Below are positions 10,039 to 19,934 of a stretch of 64,000 nt of DNA, piece by piece (positions within the stretch are counted from its first letter, which is position 1; the number at the start of each line of letters is the position of its first letter). The DNA comes from Nitrospinaceae bacterium UBA7883 (lineage in GTDB: Bacteria > Nitrospinota_A > UBA7883). Both the position numbers and the translations under genes were made by a program. The stretch is taken from NCBI GenBank assembly GCA_002500605.1, contig DLRR01000002.1:74299-138298 (forward strand), in the 5' to 3' direction. The notes beneath the pieces are model-generated. The model was not told the origin of the DNA. It did no database searches and saw only the letters and a list, made by a program, of their open reading frames with translations.

Positions 10039-11862
10039 TTATTTTCTCATAAACTTTTTTAACAATTCATTTTCTGTGATGCTCATTGCCACTGGTCTTC
10101 CATGTGGACATGTATACGGTAGGCTGCATTTTTTTAGATCTTCGACTAAGGCATTAATTTCATCTTGATCAAGTTTTTCCCCAGCCATTACCGATGATCT
10201 ACATGCCATGATATTAATTGTACTTTCAGCCAACTTACTAAAGTCAGGCTCACCATTAAGATCACATGCTCCATGAAGAACGTCTATAACAAGAGAACCA
10301 AAATCGACTTCGCCTAGCACGGATGGGGTTGCCCGTATAGCAATGGTATGACCACCAAAATCTTCCAATGAAAATCCAAGCGCTTTGAAGTGCTCTAACG
10401 CGTCCATAATTCTTTCGTGATCAGCCTTAGTAACATCCAAATTAATAGGAAATAGCAAATCTTGCGACTCTATTTTCCCCTTACTGTACTTCTCCACCAG
10501 TCTCTCGTAATTAATCCTTTCATGAGCAGTATGCTGGTCTAGTAGTAGTACTTGATTGCCATCTTCAATCACTATAAACGTGTTAAAAATCTGGCCTACG
10601 GCACGAAAACCTTCAGAAATGACCCAATCAGACCTGGTCAGCAGGTCACCAATATGTTCACTATCGGCTCCCAATATTGACTGTCCAGAATGGCCAACCA
10701 TGTCTACCACTTTTATTTTTGCTTCTGGAAGATCAGATGCTACGCTGGTCGAATCTTCCACAGTCAAAGGTCTATTGATATTATTGGGAGCACCATGAGA
10801 ACGCTGATCATTTATTTGATCTGACTCATTCATGGACAAACCACCATCGATAATGACACCTTTGGCCTTTGAAAGCCCAAAGGAAATTCCATTTTCCACC
10901 AATTCTATAACTGGTCTTGTATCGGCAAACCGCACTTCTGTCTTGGTAGGGCTCACGTTAACATCAACTTTGTCAGGGTCCATGGTAATTCTTAAGTACA
11001 CGGCTGGATGCTTTCCTTTAGGAACCAGCGAACGATAACCCTGATCAATAGAGTAAAATAGCAAGCGATCTCTAACATACCTGTCATTAATAAATACATG
11101 TTGCGCTTCGCGACCACTGCGTTCATAACCAGGTTTAGATACAAGGCCAATTAGTGACATTCCTGCATAATTATATTCAACCTCGGCTAACGACTTTGCC
11201 ACAGTCGAGCCAAACAAAAGAGAGACTCTACTATTGTAACCACCACTGGAGCTTTCAGACGGCAGATCAAATACCAAGTTCCCATCGCGGATCAACTTGA
11301 AAGAAACGCAGGGTGATCCTAAAGCCTGACGCGCGACGACCTCGTGGATTCTAGCCGCTTCTATTTTCTCTGACCGTAGAAATTTACGGCGCGCTGGGGT
11401 GTTGAAAAAAAGTGACTTAATCTGAATCTTAGATCCTGCTATTGGTGGGCAATTTTTTACATCATGCAACACACCCCCATTTATGCTTACCTCAACCCCT
11501 TCCGAAACATCCTTTTGTGAAGTGGCCATTATAAGTCGAGATACAGCTGCGATAGATGAAAGTGCCTCGCCCCGAAAACCCAAGGTCTTTACACTTTTTA
11601 AATCTTCAGAGTATTGGATTTTGCTGGTGGTGTGCCGATCAAAAGCCAACAAAGCATCATCATTGTTCATACCGAACCCATCATCAGTGACTTCTATAAA
11701 TGACTTGCCACCATTTCTAAACGAAACTTCAATATGGGTTGCTCCAGCATCGAGTGAATTCTCAAGCAGTTCTTTAACAACAGACGCTGGCCGTTCTACT
11801 ACCTCGCCAGCTGCAATCTGATTTATCACACCGTCAGGTAAAGAGCGGATTCGGCTTGGCAT
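10039..11862 (-). CDS. mutL: DNA mismatch repair endonuclease MutL
   Basis: 'INQIAAGEVVERPASVVKELLENSLDAGAT' GHKL ATPase N-terminus. The C-terminal endonuclease motif 'DQHTAHERINYE' (DQHA(X)2E(X)4E) indicates the MutH-independent type. Confidence 0.9.
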   Translation of the reverse strand: MPSRIRSLPDGVINQIAAGEVVERPASVVKELLENSLDAGATHIEVSFRNGGKSFIEVTDDGFGMNNDDALLAFDRHTTSKIQYSEDLKSVKTLGFRGEALSSIAAVSRLIMATSQKDVSEGVEVSINGGVLHDVKNCPPIAGSKIQIKSLFFNTPARRKFLRSEKIEAARIHEVVARQALGSPCVSFKLIRDGNLVFDLPSESSSGGYNSRVSLLFGSTVAKSLAEVEYNYAGMSLIGLVSKPGYERSGREAQHVFINDRYVRDRLLFYSIDQGYRSLVPKGKHPAVYLRITMDPDKVDVNVSPTKTEVRFADTRPVIELVENGISFGLSKAKGVIIDGGLSMNESDQINDQRSHGAPNNINRPLTVEDSTSVASDLPEAKIKVVDMVGHSGQSILGADSEHIGDLLTRSDWVISEGFRAVGQIFNTFIVIEDGNQVLLLDQHTAHERINYERLVEKYSKGKIESQDLLFPINLDVTKADHERIMDALEHFKALGFSLEDFGGHTIAIRATPSVLGEVDFGSLVIDVLHGACDLNGEPDFSKLAESTINIMACRSSVMAGEKLDQDEINALVEDLKKCSLPYTCPHGRPVAMSITENELLKKFMRK

Positions 11863-12199
11863 TATAGGATGGATACCTAAATTAATTATTTAACAATATT
11901 TATTCTATTGCCACAAATCAATCTGGTCAATAGAATGGCATTACGAAAAAAGAAACCCAAAGAGCTGAAAAGTCTTCCACAGAAATTGTGGAAAAACTGT
12001 TCATGTAGAGGTAGATTTAAGCAGGAAATGATTAAATATTAACCAGTTATTGCAGTTTACTGCTAATCAAGCAACTGATAATACTATGTTATTAAAGGTT
12101 TTAATCAATATTTTGAATGCATGTCTAAGCTATTGATAAATAAATGGTTTCAGTTGGTTAGGTCATTAACAAGGCCTTTGCTAACCTTTAGGCTCGCTA

Positions 12200-13072
12200 A
12201 TGTCACAGCTTAAATTTCCGTTTCCAAAAAATCGCAAGGATAGGTTTGAAAATTTTGCAATCGATGAAAAAAATGCCAAAGCCGTTATGCTTTGCAAAGC
12301 ATTTTCTAATGGATCATCTGAAGAAGCTGGTAGCCTAGTCATCCATGGTGATAAAGGGTGTGGTAAAACCCATATGCTAGCAGCCATGGGTAACTTGGCC
12401 AAAAAGTGTGATAGTACAATTGAAGCAATGTATTTAGATTGTATTGATATCAAAAACAGTGTGGCAAAAGCCTCAACCTACGAAGAACTAAAAGAATGGA
12501 TTACAGGTTTTGAGGGTGCTTCATTTCTAACTTTCGATAACATGCATGAGTTATCTGATTACAATACTATTGACAACCTTCTAAATGAATCAACCACAAA
12601 CGATCCAACAGACTATGGTGATTGTAAAGCTGATCAAAACGCTCATCTGCTAGGTGATGCATCAATAGAAAGTCGTAGAAAGAAACGGAAGATAGAAGAG
12701 GCACAGTATCAAGTGTTTCATCTTTATAATGCTGTAGTTCAGAATGGTGGGCGCATCGCTGTGGCCACACAAGAGTTTCCAAGCTCTTGGAAATTTCCCG
12801 ACTGGCTCTCAACACGTCTTCTTTGGGGGTTCGTAACTAATCTAAAGCCTGTAGGAGATGAAATGCGAATTGATGTTCTAAATAAAATATCCAGGGATCT
12901 CGGCATGATCCTGCCGGAATCTGCAGCAAACTGGATGCTAACCCATCTACCTCGAGACCCTGCATCCCAACTCAATTTTCTGGAAAAAATTGACCAACAC
13001 TCGTTGACATTGGGACGAAAAGTGAGTATATCTTTAGTGAAGCAAGCCTTGGAGTACGCCGATGAGAGATGA
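12200..13072 (+). CDS. DnaA-family AAA+ ATPase, Hda-like (possible regulatory inactivator of DnaA)
   Basis: Walker A 'GDKGCGKTHML', Walker B 'LTFDNMHEL', and a C-terminal region whose spacing resembles Hda/DnaA domain III-IV ('FHLYN...GGRIAV...LSTRL..G'). An unusual ~60 aa charged insert follows Walker B. Confidence 0.55.
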   Translation: MSQLKFPFPKNRKDRFENFAIDEKNAKAVMLCKAFSNGSSEEAGSLVIHGDKGCGKTHMLAAMGNLAKKCDSTIEAMYLDCIDIKNSVAKASTYEELKEWITGFEGASFLTFDNMHELSDYNTIDNLLNESTTNDPTDYGDCKADQNAHLLGDASIESRRKKRKIEEAQYQVFHLYNAVVQNGGRIAVATQEFPSSWKFPDWLSTRLLWGFVTNLKPVGDEMRIDVLNKISRDLGMILPESAANWMLTHLPRDPASQLNFLEKIDQHSLTLGRKVSISLVKQALEYADER

Positions 13073-13451
13073 TAAAGGTCACAAAGAAGCCCAAAAAACA
13101 GTTAAATATTTGGATTGTCCCAATTGTGGATGTCCTAGTAAAAACAAAGATTCCAAGTGCCCATTTTGTAATGAGCCGCTTCCAGACCATCTTGATAATA
13201 CTTCTAAGGCCTTTGATAGCGCTACGTCGTTAAGCAAGGCTCTCAACAAAGAAGATAACTTGGTTTCGGTAAACCGTAATACTGGTAAAACTTTTACTCT
13301 AATTCTTGGTTTTACCCTTGCCATGCTTGGAGGTTGGTTTATTGTGCGTGGATTCGCACCATTAAATTTTCCTGAGTTCTTGATTGGGGGACTGTTTCTA
13401 TTGTATGGGGTATATGCTATTACTCGTACTATCCGCTCCAAATCTGGCTAA
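13062..13451 (+). CDS. Hypothetical zinc-ribbon + two-TM membrane protein
   Basis: 'CPNCGC...CPFC' double CxxC zinc ribbon followed by two hydrophobic helices. It overlaps the upstream gene by 11 nt, which suggests an operon. Confidence 0.4.
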   Translation: MRDDKGHKEAQKTVKYLDCPNCGCPSKNKDSKCPFCNEPLPDHLDNTSKAFDSATSLSKALNKEDNLVSVNRNTGKTFTLILGFTLAMLGGWFIVRGFAPLNFPEFLIGGLFLLYGVYAITRTIRSKSG

Positions 13452-13563
13452 TTCCCAGATAGTCTTTATCACACATCCACAAACAGCGACCTCGAAAGCC
13501 GTTGTGCCTTATAAGCACCGTGGGTTCGAATTCCACCCTCTCCACTATTGTTAAATGTTGAAG

Positions 13564-14382
13564 TCAATTGATTAATAATCCTCCATACCCAACAACGCTT
13601 TCCAAGTCCCCGGTCGTATCGCCGGATGTCTGGTAGCTAACGAGTTCAGCTGATGTGGCTCCACGGGCTTTACATATATCCATAACAACTGCTGTGGCTT
13701 GAACACCACACATGTTTATATTATTCTTGCGGACCACATCTATCAAACCAGAACTGTCCATTTCTATAATTTTTTTCATGGTCATAAAATCAAGTATTTT
13801 GGCTTTTTCTTGAGAAACGTAATGGGAAAAGTCGGTACTGGCTACAAAAGTTAACGTTTTACCAAAATCGGCAAGGGCACCACAAATATCGGTCGCCAAC
13901 TTGTTGATATCACTATCAGGCATTCTACCAATAATTATGGGAACTATTTTTAAGCCCGGTCTGATGAGTTGAAGAAATGGTATCTGCACTTCCAACGAAT
14001 GTTCATTTTCATGTGCCCAATCTGCCGGTTGGACTAAGGAAGAGGCGTCAAGCAGGGAACTGGCAAGTAATTCATCTATTTCACATGGACCAATTGGTGT
14101 ATCCCACGCCCCTGTGGAATAAATTGATATTGCTGGTTCCAAGCTTTGATTGCCTAGCCCATGGTTAGGGCCTATTAGGATTATTGTTTCAGTAGGTTCC
14201 ATTTTGGCATATACACTAGCAGCAACTGAACCTGAATACCGATAACCTGCATGGGGTACTACTGCACCCATGTAACGAGATCTCTGCATAGGCTCTATTT
14301 CGAATGTATTTAGTTGAGCCTCGATTTCTTCACGTGTAGATGGATAAAATAGACCTGCAACTGCGGACCGTCTGTTCATATC
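13564..14382 (-). CDS. MEMO1-family protein (AmmeMemoRadiSam system protein B)
   Basis: The start 'MNRRSAVAGLFYP...' matches the Memo family, and His/Asp metal-site residues are conserved throughout. The longer ORF in the track (to 14523) overlaps pyrE, so the internal ATG at 14382 was chosen. Confidence 0.75.
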   Translation of the reverse strand, partial: DMNRRSAVAGLFYPSTREEIEAQLNTFEIEPMQRSRYMGAVVPHAGYRYSGSVAASVYAKMEPTETIILIGPNHGLGNQSLEPAISIYSTGAWDTPIGPCEIDELLASSLLDASSLVQPADWAHENEHSLEVQIPFLQLIRPGLKIVPIIIGRMPDSDINKLATDICGALADFGKTLTFVASTDFSHYVSQEKAKILDFMTMKKIIEMDSSGLIDVVRKNNINMCGVQATAVVMDICKARGATSAELVSYQTSGDTTGDLESVVGYGGLLIN

Positions 14383-14434
14383 TAAATATACCCCCCCACC
14401 ACCAAAGAAATCAATAGACTGAGAAATGACCCTA

Positions 14435-14983
14435 TCACATACTTTCTTTAATATCAGAAATTTTGAACAAAGGTTGATATCGAAGCCCCATCTCTGCAAA
14501 CATTTTTGCCCCACCTTTTTCACGATCCACGATGGTTATAACACCTATCACTTCAGCCCCAGTCTCAAGCACAGCATCAATGGCCTTTTTGCATGATCCA
14601 CCTGTGGTAATCACATCTTCTACCACTACAATCTTAGAATTCGGCCCTATGTCACCTTCAAGCTTCTTGCCTGTTCCGTGTCTTTTTGTCTCTCTTCGTA
14701 CAACAAAGTTTTTTACACTTTTCCCATTGGTTGCAAATGCAATACAAACAGAGGTGGAAATAGGAACAGAACCAAGTTCCATACCACCAACTGCATCTAC
14801 TCCCCATTTGTCTATTAATTCGTATATTGCGCGGCCCACTATTAGGTTGCCTGGACCGTCAAGAGTTACCTCCTTCATATCTATGTAATAGTCAGTATTT
14901 TCGCCCGAAGACAATATGAATTCGCCTTTACGGTAGGCTTTGTTTATAATTTGGCTTTTGAGTTTGGTCAGCGTCTTATTCAT
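14435..14983 (-). CDS. pyrE: Orotate phosphoribosyltransferase
   Basis: PRPP-binding motif 'VVVEDVITTGGS' and a typical 182 aa length. Confidence 0.9.
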   Translation of the reverse strand: MNKTLTKLKSQIINKAYRKGEFILSSGENTDYYIDMKEVTLDGPGNLIVGRAIYELIDKWGVDAVGGMELGSVPISTSVCIAFATNGKSVKNFVVRRETKRHGTGKKLEGDIGPNSKIVVVEDVITTGGSCKKAIDAVLETGAEVIGVITIVDREKGGAKMFAEMGLRYQPLFKISDIKESM

Positions 14984-15110
14984 TTACTATAATTTGATTG
15001 AGCAGTTAACCTTTACGAATAGTTGTTTTCAACTAATTATACATGTGTCTTGTCGCTGAATGGAAAATAGTCTTTAATTTATCAGATAAATAGCAGAGGC
15101 TGGAAATTAG

Positions 15111-16640
15111 ATGAGCAAAATAATAGACAAACTGAAAAAGGTAATTCAAAAAGATACAATACCATTACCAGATGACAAGTTGGTGGTTCTAATCACAAAA
15201 CCAACTGGCCAGGAAAAAGCAGTTTCTAAAACAGGAGAAGACATAATAAGTATTTCGTCTTCTCCTGATATTCCGTTAGTCATAAAAACTTGCAACAAAA
15301 CTATCACTTCGGATGGTAATGCTTACATTAAGCGGACAGCAAATTCTCTGGCCAACTCACCAGACAACGCCACTCACGCGGTTTTAGTTGCCCAAATATT
15401 AGATTCTGACGATGGCACGGTTTTAAAATCGCAACTATTAATATGCTCCCATCCAACCACCTTATGGCGACAGCCAGGGAGCAACAAATTTAAGGCCTAT
15501 GAAATGGAGTCGTTGATTTTGTCCGATACTCAGCTTGGGGCAGAATCTATATCTCAGTTTTTGCGAGGACTTGCCTGGTATGAGCTCGGTTTTCATGAAG
15601 CAGCTTTACGCCTATTTACACCTATGGGCTCTAGCGAAAGCAGTTTCTATGCCGGATTAGCACTGTGCCATATTGGAGTAAAAAACCATAACATGGGCCA
15701 AGAACTAGAAGCAGCTTTCAAGAAATTTAGCCAGGCAATGGAAACAGCCTCTGAGGAACAGGGGGAGTTGGCTTTAGTCACGTATTTAAATACCGCTTCC
15801 TGTCTCCAACACATGGCCCGTCTAAATTCAGAAGGTGTCAATATAGATCTTTATGATAAGGCCATAGGTTCATATGAAAGCCTTATTCAGATGCTCCAAG
15901 AAGATAACTCTACGGGTTTATTGATGCCAGCATGTTTGGCATTGGGGGCCGCTTGTTTAGAAAAGGCCATGAAGTTAAGCGATGACGATAAAAACAAAGG
16001 TCTTTTGGAAGCCCTGAAAGCTTACGAAGCTGCTATTGCAAAATCCAAGCTTGGAACTGTGGACTGGGCTCTTGCTAAGGCAGGAGTTGGGAATGTAGAG
16101 AGAGAAATAGGAACTAATAAAGAGGAAGATAAAGCCATCGAACATCTCAACGCCTCAGTAGATAATTATAAAAAGGCATTGACAATACTTACATCAATAG
16201 ATACCCCATGGCAATATGCCGAAACTGCCTCTGGTTTGGCTACAACCCAGATGGAAATCAGTGAGATGACACGAGGTGAAGAAAAATTATGCAACCTGCT
16301 TGAATCAGCGCAGCTTTTTAAAAACGTTATGGAAATTTGGACTGAAGAGAGCAATCCCGGTGATTGGGCAACAGCAAAAAACAACCTTGGTAATAACCAA
16401 TACCTTACGGCCTCCTGTCTTAAACCAGAAAAGGCACTTCAATATATAAACGATTCTATTCAATCGTATGAAACGGCTCTAACAATATTCACCGAAACTC
16501 ACTTTCAGGTGTTTCACCAAGGAGTTACCATGAATATGGCAAAAGCCAAGCTGTTACGGTCCACTCTGCAGAAAACACTCGGAATAGATCCTAGTGAAGG
16601 AGCGATGGACGGTTGGGATAGCAATTCATCGCAATCATAA
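15111..16640 (+). CDS. Hypothetical TPR-like repeat protein (cytoplasmic)
   Basis: 509 aa with recurring W-x2-A-x3-LG-N/A helical repeat signatures ('WALAKAGVGN', 'WATAKNNLGN') typical of TPR-like folds. No signal peptide. Confidence 0.5.
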   Translation: MSKIIDKLKKVIQKDTIPLPDDKLVVLITKPTGQEKAVSKTGEDIISISSSPDIPLVIKTCNKTITSDGNAYIKRTANSLANSPDNATHAVLVAQILDSDDGTVLKSQLLICSHPTTLWRQPGSNKFKAYEMESLILSDTQLGAESISQFLRGLAWYELGFHEAALRLFTPMGSSESSFYAGLALCHIGVKNHNMGQELEAAFKKFSQAMETASEEQGELALVTYLNTASCLQHMARLNSEGVNIDLYDKAIGSYESLIQMLQEDNSTGLLMPACLALGAACLEKAMKLSDDDKNKGLLEALKAYEAAIAKSKLGTVDWALAKAGVGNVEREIGTNKEEDKAIEHLNASVDNYKKALTILTSIDTPWQYAETASGLATTQMEISEMTRGEEKLCNLLESAQLFKNVMEIWTEESNPGDWATAKNNLGNNQYLTASCLKPEKALQYINDSIQSYETALTIFTETHFQVFHQGVTMNMAKAKLLRSTLQKTLGIDPSEGAMDGWDSNSSQS

Positions 16641-16960
16641 TTCTTAAATTTCGTGTAGTCGTTCATTGTTTATCTAGTAACTTTTATCGTCACTAATAAA
16701 GCTAAGTTTCTTAGCTACATGCGATCCGCAAGCTTCGTGTAGCCGAACCTGTCCTATCAGCAGACCTCAGGTGTTCATAAGCATCCCATTTGTAAGCTTA
16801 CTGATCAATGGTAGTATTGGTCCAGAAATTGACACGCTAACCCAAAACTGATACCTTACCCGATCAATTTGTAATAGTCGCAAGGTGCAAATAATCAAGC
16901 TTTCCGGAGGCTTAATATCCCTGCACAGCCATGGTAATGCGGCAGGGATCTAATATTTGT

Positions 16961-17521
16961 ATGACTCAGGATAAATACAGCCTGCTAGTGTTAAGACTAG
17001 AGGATATAACTGAAGACGTCATGGAGCACAGCTGGAATGTTCCTGAGGAGTTATTTGAATGCGACGATAACCCTTTGCCGGTAGGGGGGACAACAAATTT
17101 ACATGGTAAGATCTATAAGTTGGGGGTGAATGTCCACTTTAGGGGAGAGGTTAAAACCCTATTACGGTTAAAGTGTTCCAGGTGTCTAAAGCAACATAAA
17201 TCATTAGTAGAATCACCAGTTGAAGTTTCTTTCCTCCCAATTGATAGCATCAATCCCGGTACTGAAGAGCTACAACTAGGAGCTGATGATCTTGACGCCC
17301 AGCTGTATAAAGAAGACGAAGTGGACTTGTTTCCTGCTGTACGGGACCAGTTGTGGCTAGCTGCACCGATAAAGCCACTTTGCAGCAAAGGTTGCCGAGG
17401 GTTATGCCCGGAATGCGGCGCAAACCTTAATGATGAAAATTGTGGCTGCAAGAACGTAGTTACTGACCCAAGATTTGCAGTCTTAAATAAGTTGATTAAC
17501 AAGGATAAAAAACAGGAGTAA
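16961..17521 (+). CDS. yceD: YceD/DUF177 (23S rRNA accumulation protein)
   Basis: C-terminal 'CxxC...CPECG..L...C.C' zinc-ribbon-like signature and a position immediately upstream of rpmF. The start was moved to the ATG at 16961 ('MTQDKYS'). Confidence 0.8.
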   Translation: MTQDKYSLLVLRLEDITEDVMEHSWNVPEELFECDDNPLPVGGTTNLHGKIYKLGVNVHFRGEVKTLLRLKCSRCLKQHKSLVESPVEVSFLPIDSINPGTEELQLGADDLDAQLYKEDEVDLFPAVRDQLWLAAPIKPLCSKGCRGLCPECGANLNDENCGCKNVVTDPRFAVLNKLINKDKKQE

Positions 17522-17526
17522 TTCCG

Positions 17527-17709
17527 ATGGCAGTGCCAAAGAAAAAGACATCAAGGACAAAACGCAACACGAGACGATCCCACGACTCAATTACTGCCCC
17601 ATCGGTAGGAACTTGCCCCGAGTGTGGCTCTCCCGCCGAACCGCACAGAGTTTGTCCTGAATGTGGAAAGTACAAAGGTAAAGAAGTTATCGTTGTAGAA
17701 GAAAGTTGA
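17527..17709 (+). CDS. rpmF: 50S ribosomal protein L32
   Basis: '[19 protein letters not shown]' is the canonical L32 start. 60 aa with a CxxC pair. Confidence 0.9.
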   Translation: MAVPKKKTSRTKRNTRRSHDSITAPSVGTCPECGSPAEPHRVCPECGKYKGKEVIVVEES

Positions 17710-17736
17710 TCTAGGGCAATAGAAACTTCTGTCAAA

Positions 17737-18906
17737 ATGGCTGAAAAGAGTCCAAAACCTATATCCGAGGTTAAGATTACCGAAAAAGCTTCTGAGCTAG
17801 ATGGGCAAATTCATGCTGATTCCAGATTAGTGCGGATAGCGCTTGACGCAATGGGCGGCGACAATGCTCCATCGGCAATAGTGGAAGGAGCTATTAAAGC
17901 TGTCGAAGCAATGGATGATATCGAGATTATTCTTGTTGGTATCAACAAAGTAGTGGAAGCTGAACTTTCTGGTAAACTAGGTAGTAAACATCGTATTCGA
18001 ATAGCACATGCTGAAGAAGTGATAGGCATGGATGAGTCTCCTTCTATAGCGTTTAGAAAGAAAAAGAAATCCTCAGTCCATGTTGGCCTGAGGTTGGTTT
18101 CAAATGGTACAGCAGATGCGTTCGTTTCAGCTGGAAACACTGGTGCCACAATGGCAACTGCGTCAGTTATCCTACGTACTCTCCAAGGTATAGACCGAGC
18201 GGCCATAGCCGTTGTCCTGCCAACTCAAACAGGCAAAACAGTATTATTAGATGCCGGTGCAAATGTATCTTGCAAGGCAGGGCAACTATATCAATTTGGA
18301 ATGATGGGCTCAATGTATGCGAAACACGCATTGGAAAAGGAAATACCAAGAGTAGGGCTACTCTCTATTGGAGAAGAAGATAATAAGGGCAATATTACAA
18401 CACGTAAGGCCTTAGAAATATTCTCTAAAAGTCAGATGAATTTCATTGGGAACGTCGAAGCCAAGCTATTATATAAGGGCATTGCTGATGTTGTAGTATG
18501 CGATGGATTCACAGGTAACATTGCTCTCAAAATCTCAGAGTCAGTTGCCGAAATGATCGGTGCTTTTCTCAAGGTTATGTTTAGGAAAAACATTGTTACA
18601 AAATTTGCCTACTTGTTACTTAAGTCATCGTTAAGAGACTTTAAGAAAAAGGTAGATCATAGAGAGGTCGGGGGGGCTCCGTTATTAGGCATCAATGGTG
18701 CGGTATTTATTTCTCATGGCTCTTCAGACGCAAAATCCATAAAGAGCGCAATAGCTGCGGCAAGAAAGTTTGTGGCAGAGAATGTTAATGAACACATTTG
18801 TAAATGTATAGAAAAAGCAGTTGACCTGTCCAACGATGAGGATGAAGAGGACAAGCAAAACGGATTATGGGGCCAGTTTAAAAAGAAAATAGGGTTTGGC
18901 ACTTAA
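17737..18906 (+). CDS. plsX: Phosphate acyltransferase PlsX
   Basis: 'IALDAMGGDNAP' and the 'CDGFTGN' region. The true start may be the GTG at 17830, because the first ~30 aa are an atypical extension. Confidence 0.85.
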   Translation: MAEKSPKPISEVKITEKASELDGQIHADSRLVRIALDAMGGDNAPSAIVEGAIKAVEAMDDIEIILVGINKVVEAELSGKLGSKHRIRIAHAEEVIGMDESPSIAFRKKKKSSVHVGLRLVSNGTADAFVSAGNTGATMATASVILRTLQGIDRAAIAVVLPTQTGKTVLLDAGANVSCKAGQLYQFGMMGSMYAKHALEKEIPRVGLLSIGEEDNKGNITTRKALEIFSKSQMNFIGNVEAKLLYKGIADVVVCDGFTGNIALKISESVAEMIGAFLKVMFRKNIVTKFAYLLLKSSLRDFKKKVDHREVGGAPLLGINGAVFISHGSSDAKSIKSAIAAARKFVAENVNEHICKCIEKAVDLSNDEDEEDKQNGLWGQFKKKIGFGT

Positions 18907-18935
18907 AAATAATACTCATTGAGTAAAAATCAAAT

Positions 18936-19919
18936 ATGAACATCATGTCAAAAATAGTTGGAATGGGATCGTCCGTTCCAAAGAAAAGGCTAACAAACTT
19001 TGATCTAGAAAAAATGGTCGACACCTCGGATGAGTGGATTTTCACAAGAACTGGTGTTAAAGAACGCCGCATAGCCGATCCAGGAACAACTGTAGCTGAG
19101 CTTGCCGCGCCAGCAGCAATAGACGCATTAAAAATGGCCGGTGTAGATTCAAAAGAACTCGACTTGATAATTTGCGCAACATCCACCCCAGACATGATGT
19201 TTCCATCCACAGCCTGCGCCATACAAGCTCTTATTGGTGCAGCAGAGTGCCCTGCCTTTGACCTTTTGGCGGCATGCTCTGGTTTTGTCTATTCATTATC
19301 TGTGGCTGACCAGTTTATACGCTCCGGATCATCGAAAACCGTTCTTTTGGTAGCCAGCGAAATCTATAGTAAAATGATTAACTGGGAAGACCGAGGCACT
19401 TGTGTTCTTTTCGGCGATGGTTCAGCAGCCATAGTTCTACAAGCCAATAATAATTCGGAAGGTGTATTAGGGTCTGAAATTCATTCAGATGGTAAGTTCG
19501 GTAGCTTTATTAAAGCTGGTGGCATGCCAAAGCGTCATAACTTTTCATCAGAACCACAAGTTGAAGCAGATTACTTTGTCGTGATGAAAGGCTCACATAC
19601 ATTCAAAGTAGCTGTAAAAAAGATGACCGACGTAAGCCTGTCGCTATTAGAAAAACTCACAATATCACCTGCAGAAATAGACCTTATTATCCCCCATCAA
19701 GCTAACGAACGAATAATGAAAGCTGTTGCCAAATCACTAAATGTTGACGAAGGAAAAGTATTTAACAACATTGCAGGTTATGGCAACACCTCTGCAGCAT
19801 CCATTCCACTTGCCATGACTGAAGCATACATGGCTAACCGTATTAACAAAGGTGATCTTGTGCTAACTGTAGCATTTGGTGGTGGCCTGACATGGGGAGC
19901 TAACTTGATCCGTTTTTAA
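18936..19919 (+). CDS. fabH: 3-oxoacyl-ACP synthase III (KAS III)
   Basis: Active-site 'AACSGF' cysteine and a C-terminal 'GYGNTSAASIP...AFGGGLTWGA'. Confidence 0.9.
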   Translation: MNIMSKIVGMGSSVPKKRLTNFDLEKMVDTSDEWIFTRTGVKERRIADPGTTVAELAAPAAIDALKMAGVDSKELDLIICATSTPDMMFPSTACAIQALIGAAECPAFDLLAACSGFVYSLSVADQFIRSGSSKTVLLVASEIYSKMINWEDRGTCVLFGDGSAAIVLQANNNSEGVLGSEIHSDGKFGSFIKAGGMPKRHNFSSEPQVEADYFVVMKGSHTFKVAVKKMTDVSLSLLEKLTISPAEIDLIIPHQANERIMKAVAKSLNVDEGKVFNNIAGYGNTSAASIPLAMTEAYMANRINKGDLVLTVAFGGGLTWGANLIRF

Positions 19920-19934
19920 AAACTGTTACATTCC

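Noticed and set aside
13498-13546. Complete tRNA gene
   Set aside because: The T-arm and 3' acceptor strand are present, but neither strand has a matching 5' acceptor strand, a D-arm, or a proper anticodon-stem/variable-loop geometry. It is not encoded as a functional tRNA and is kept only as a remnant-type finding.
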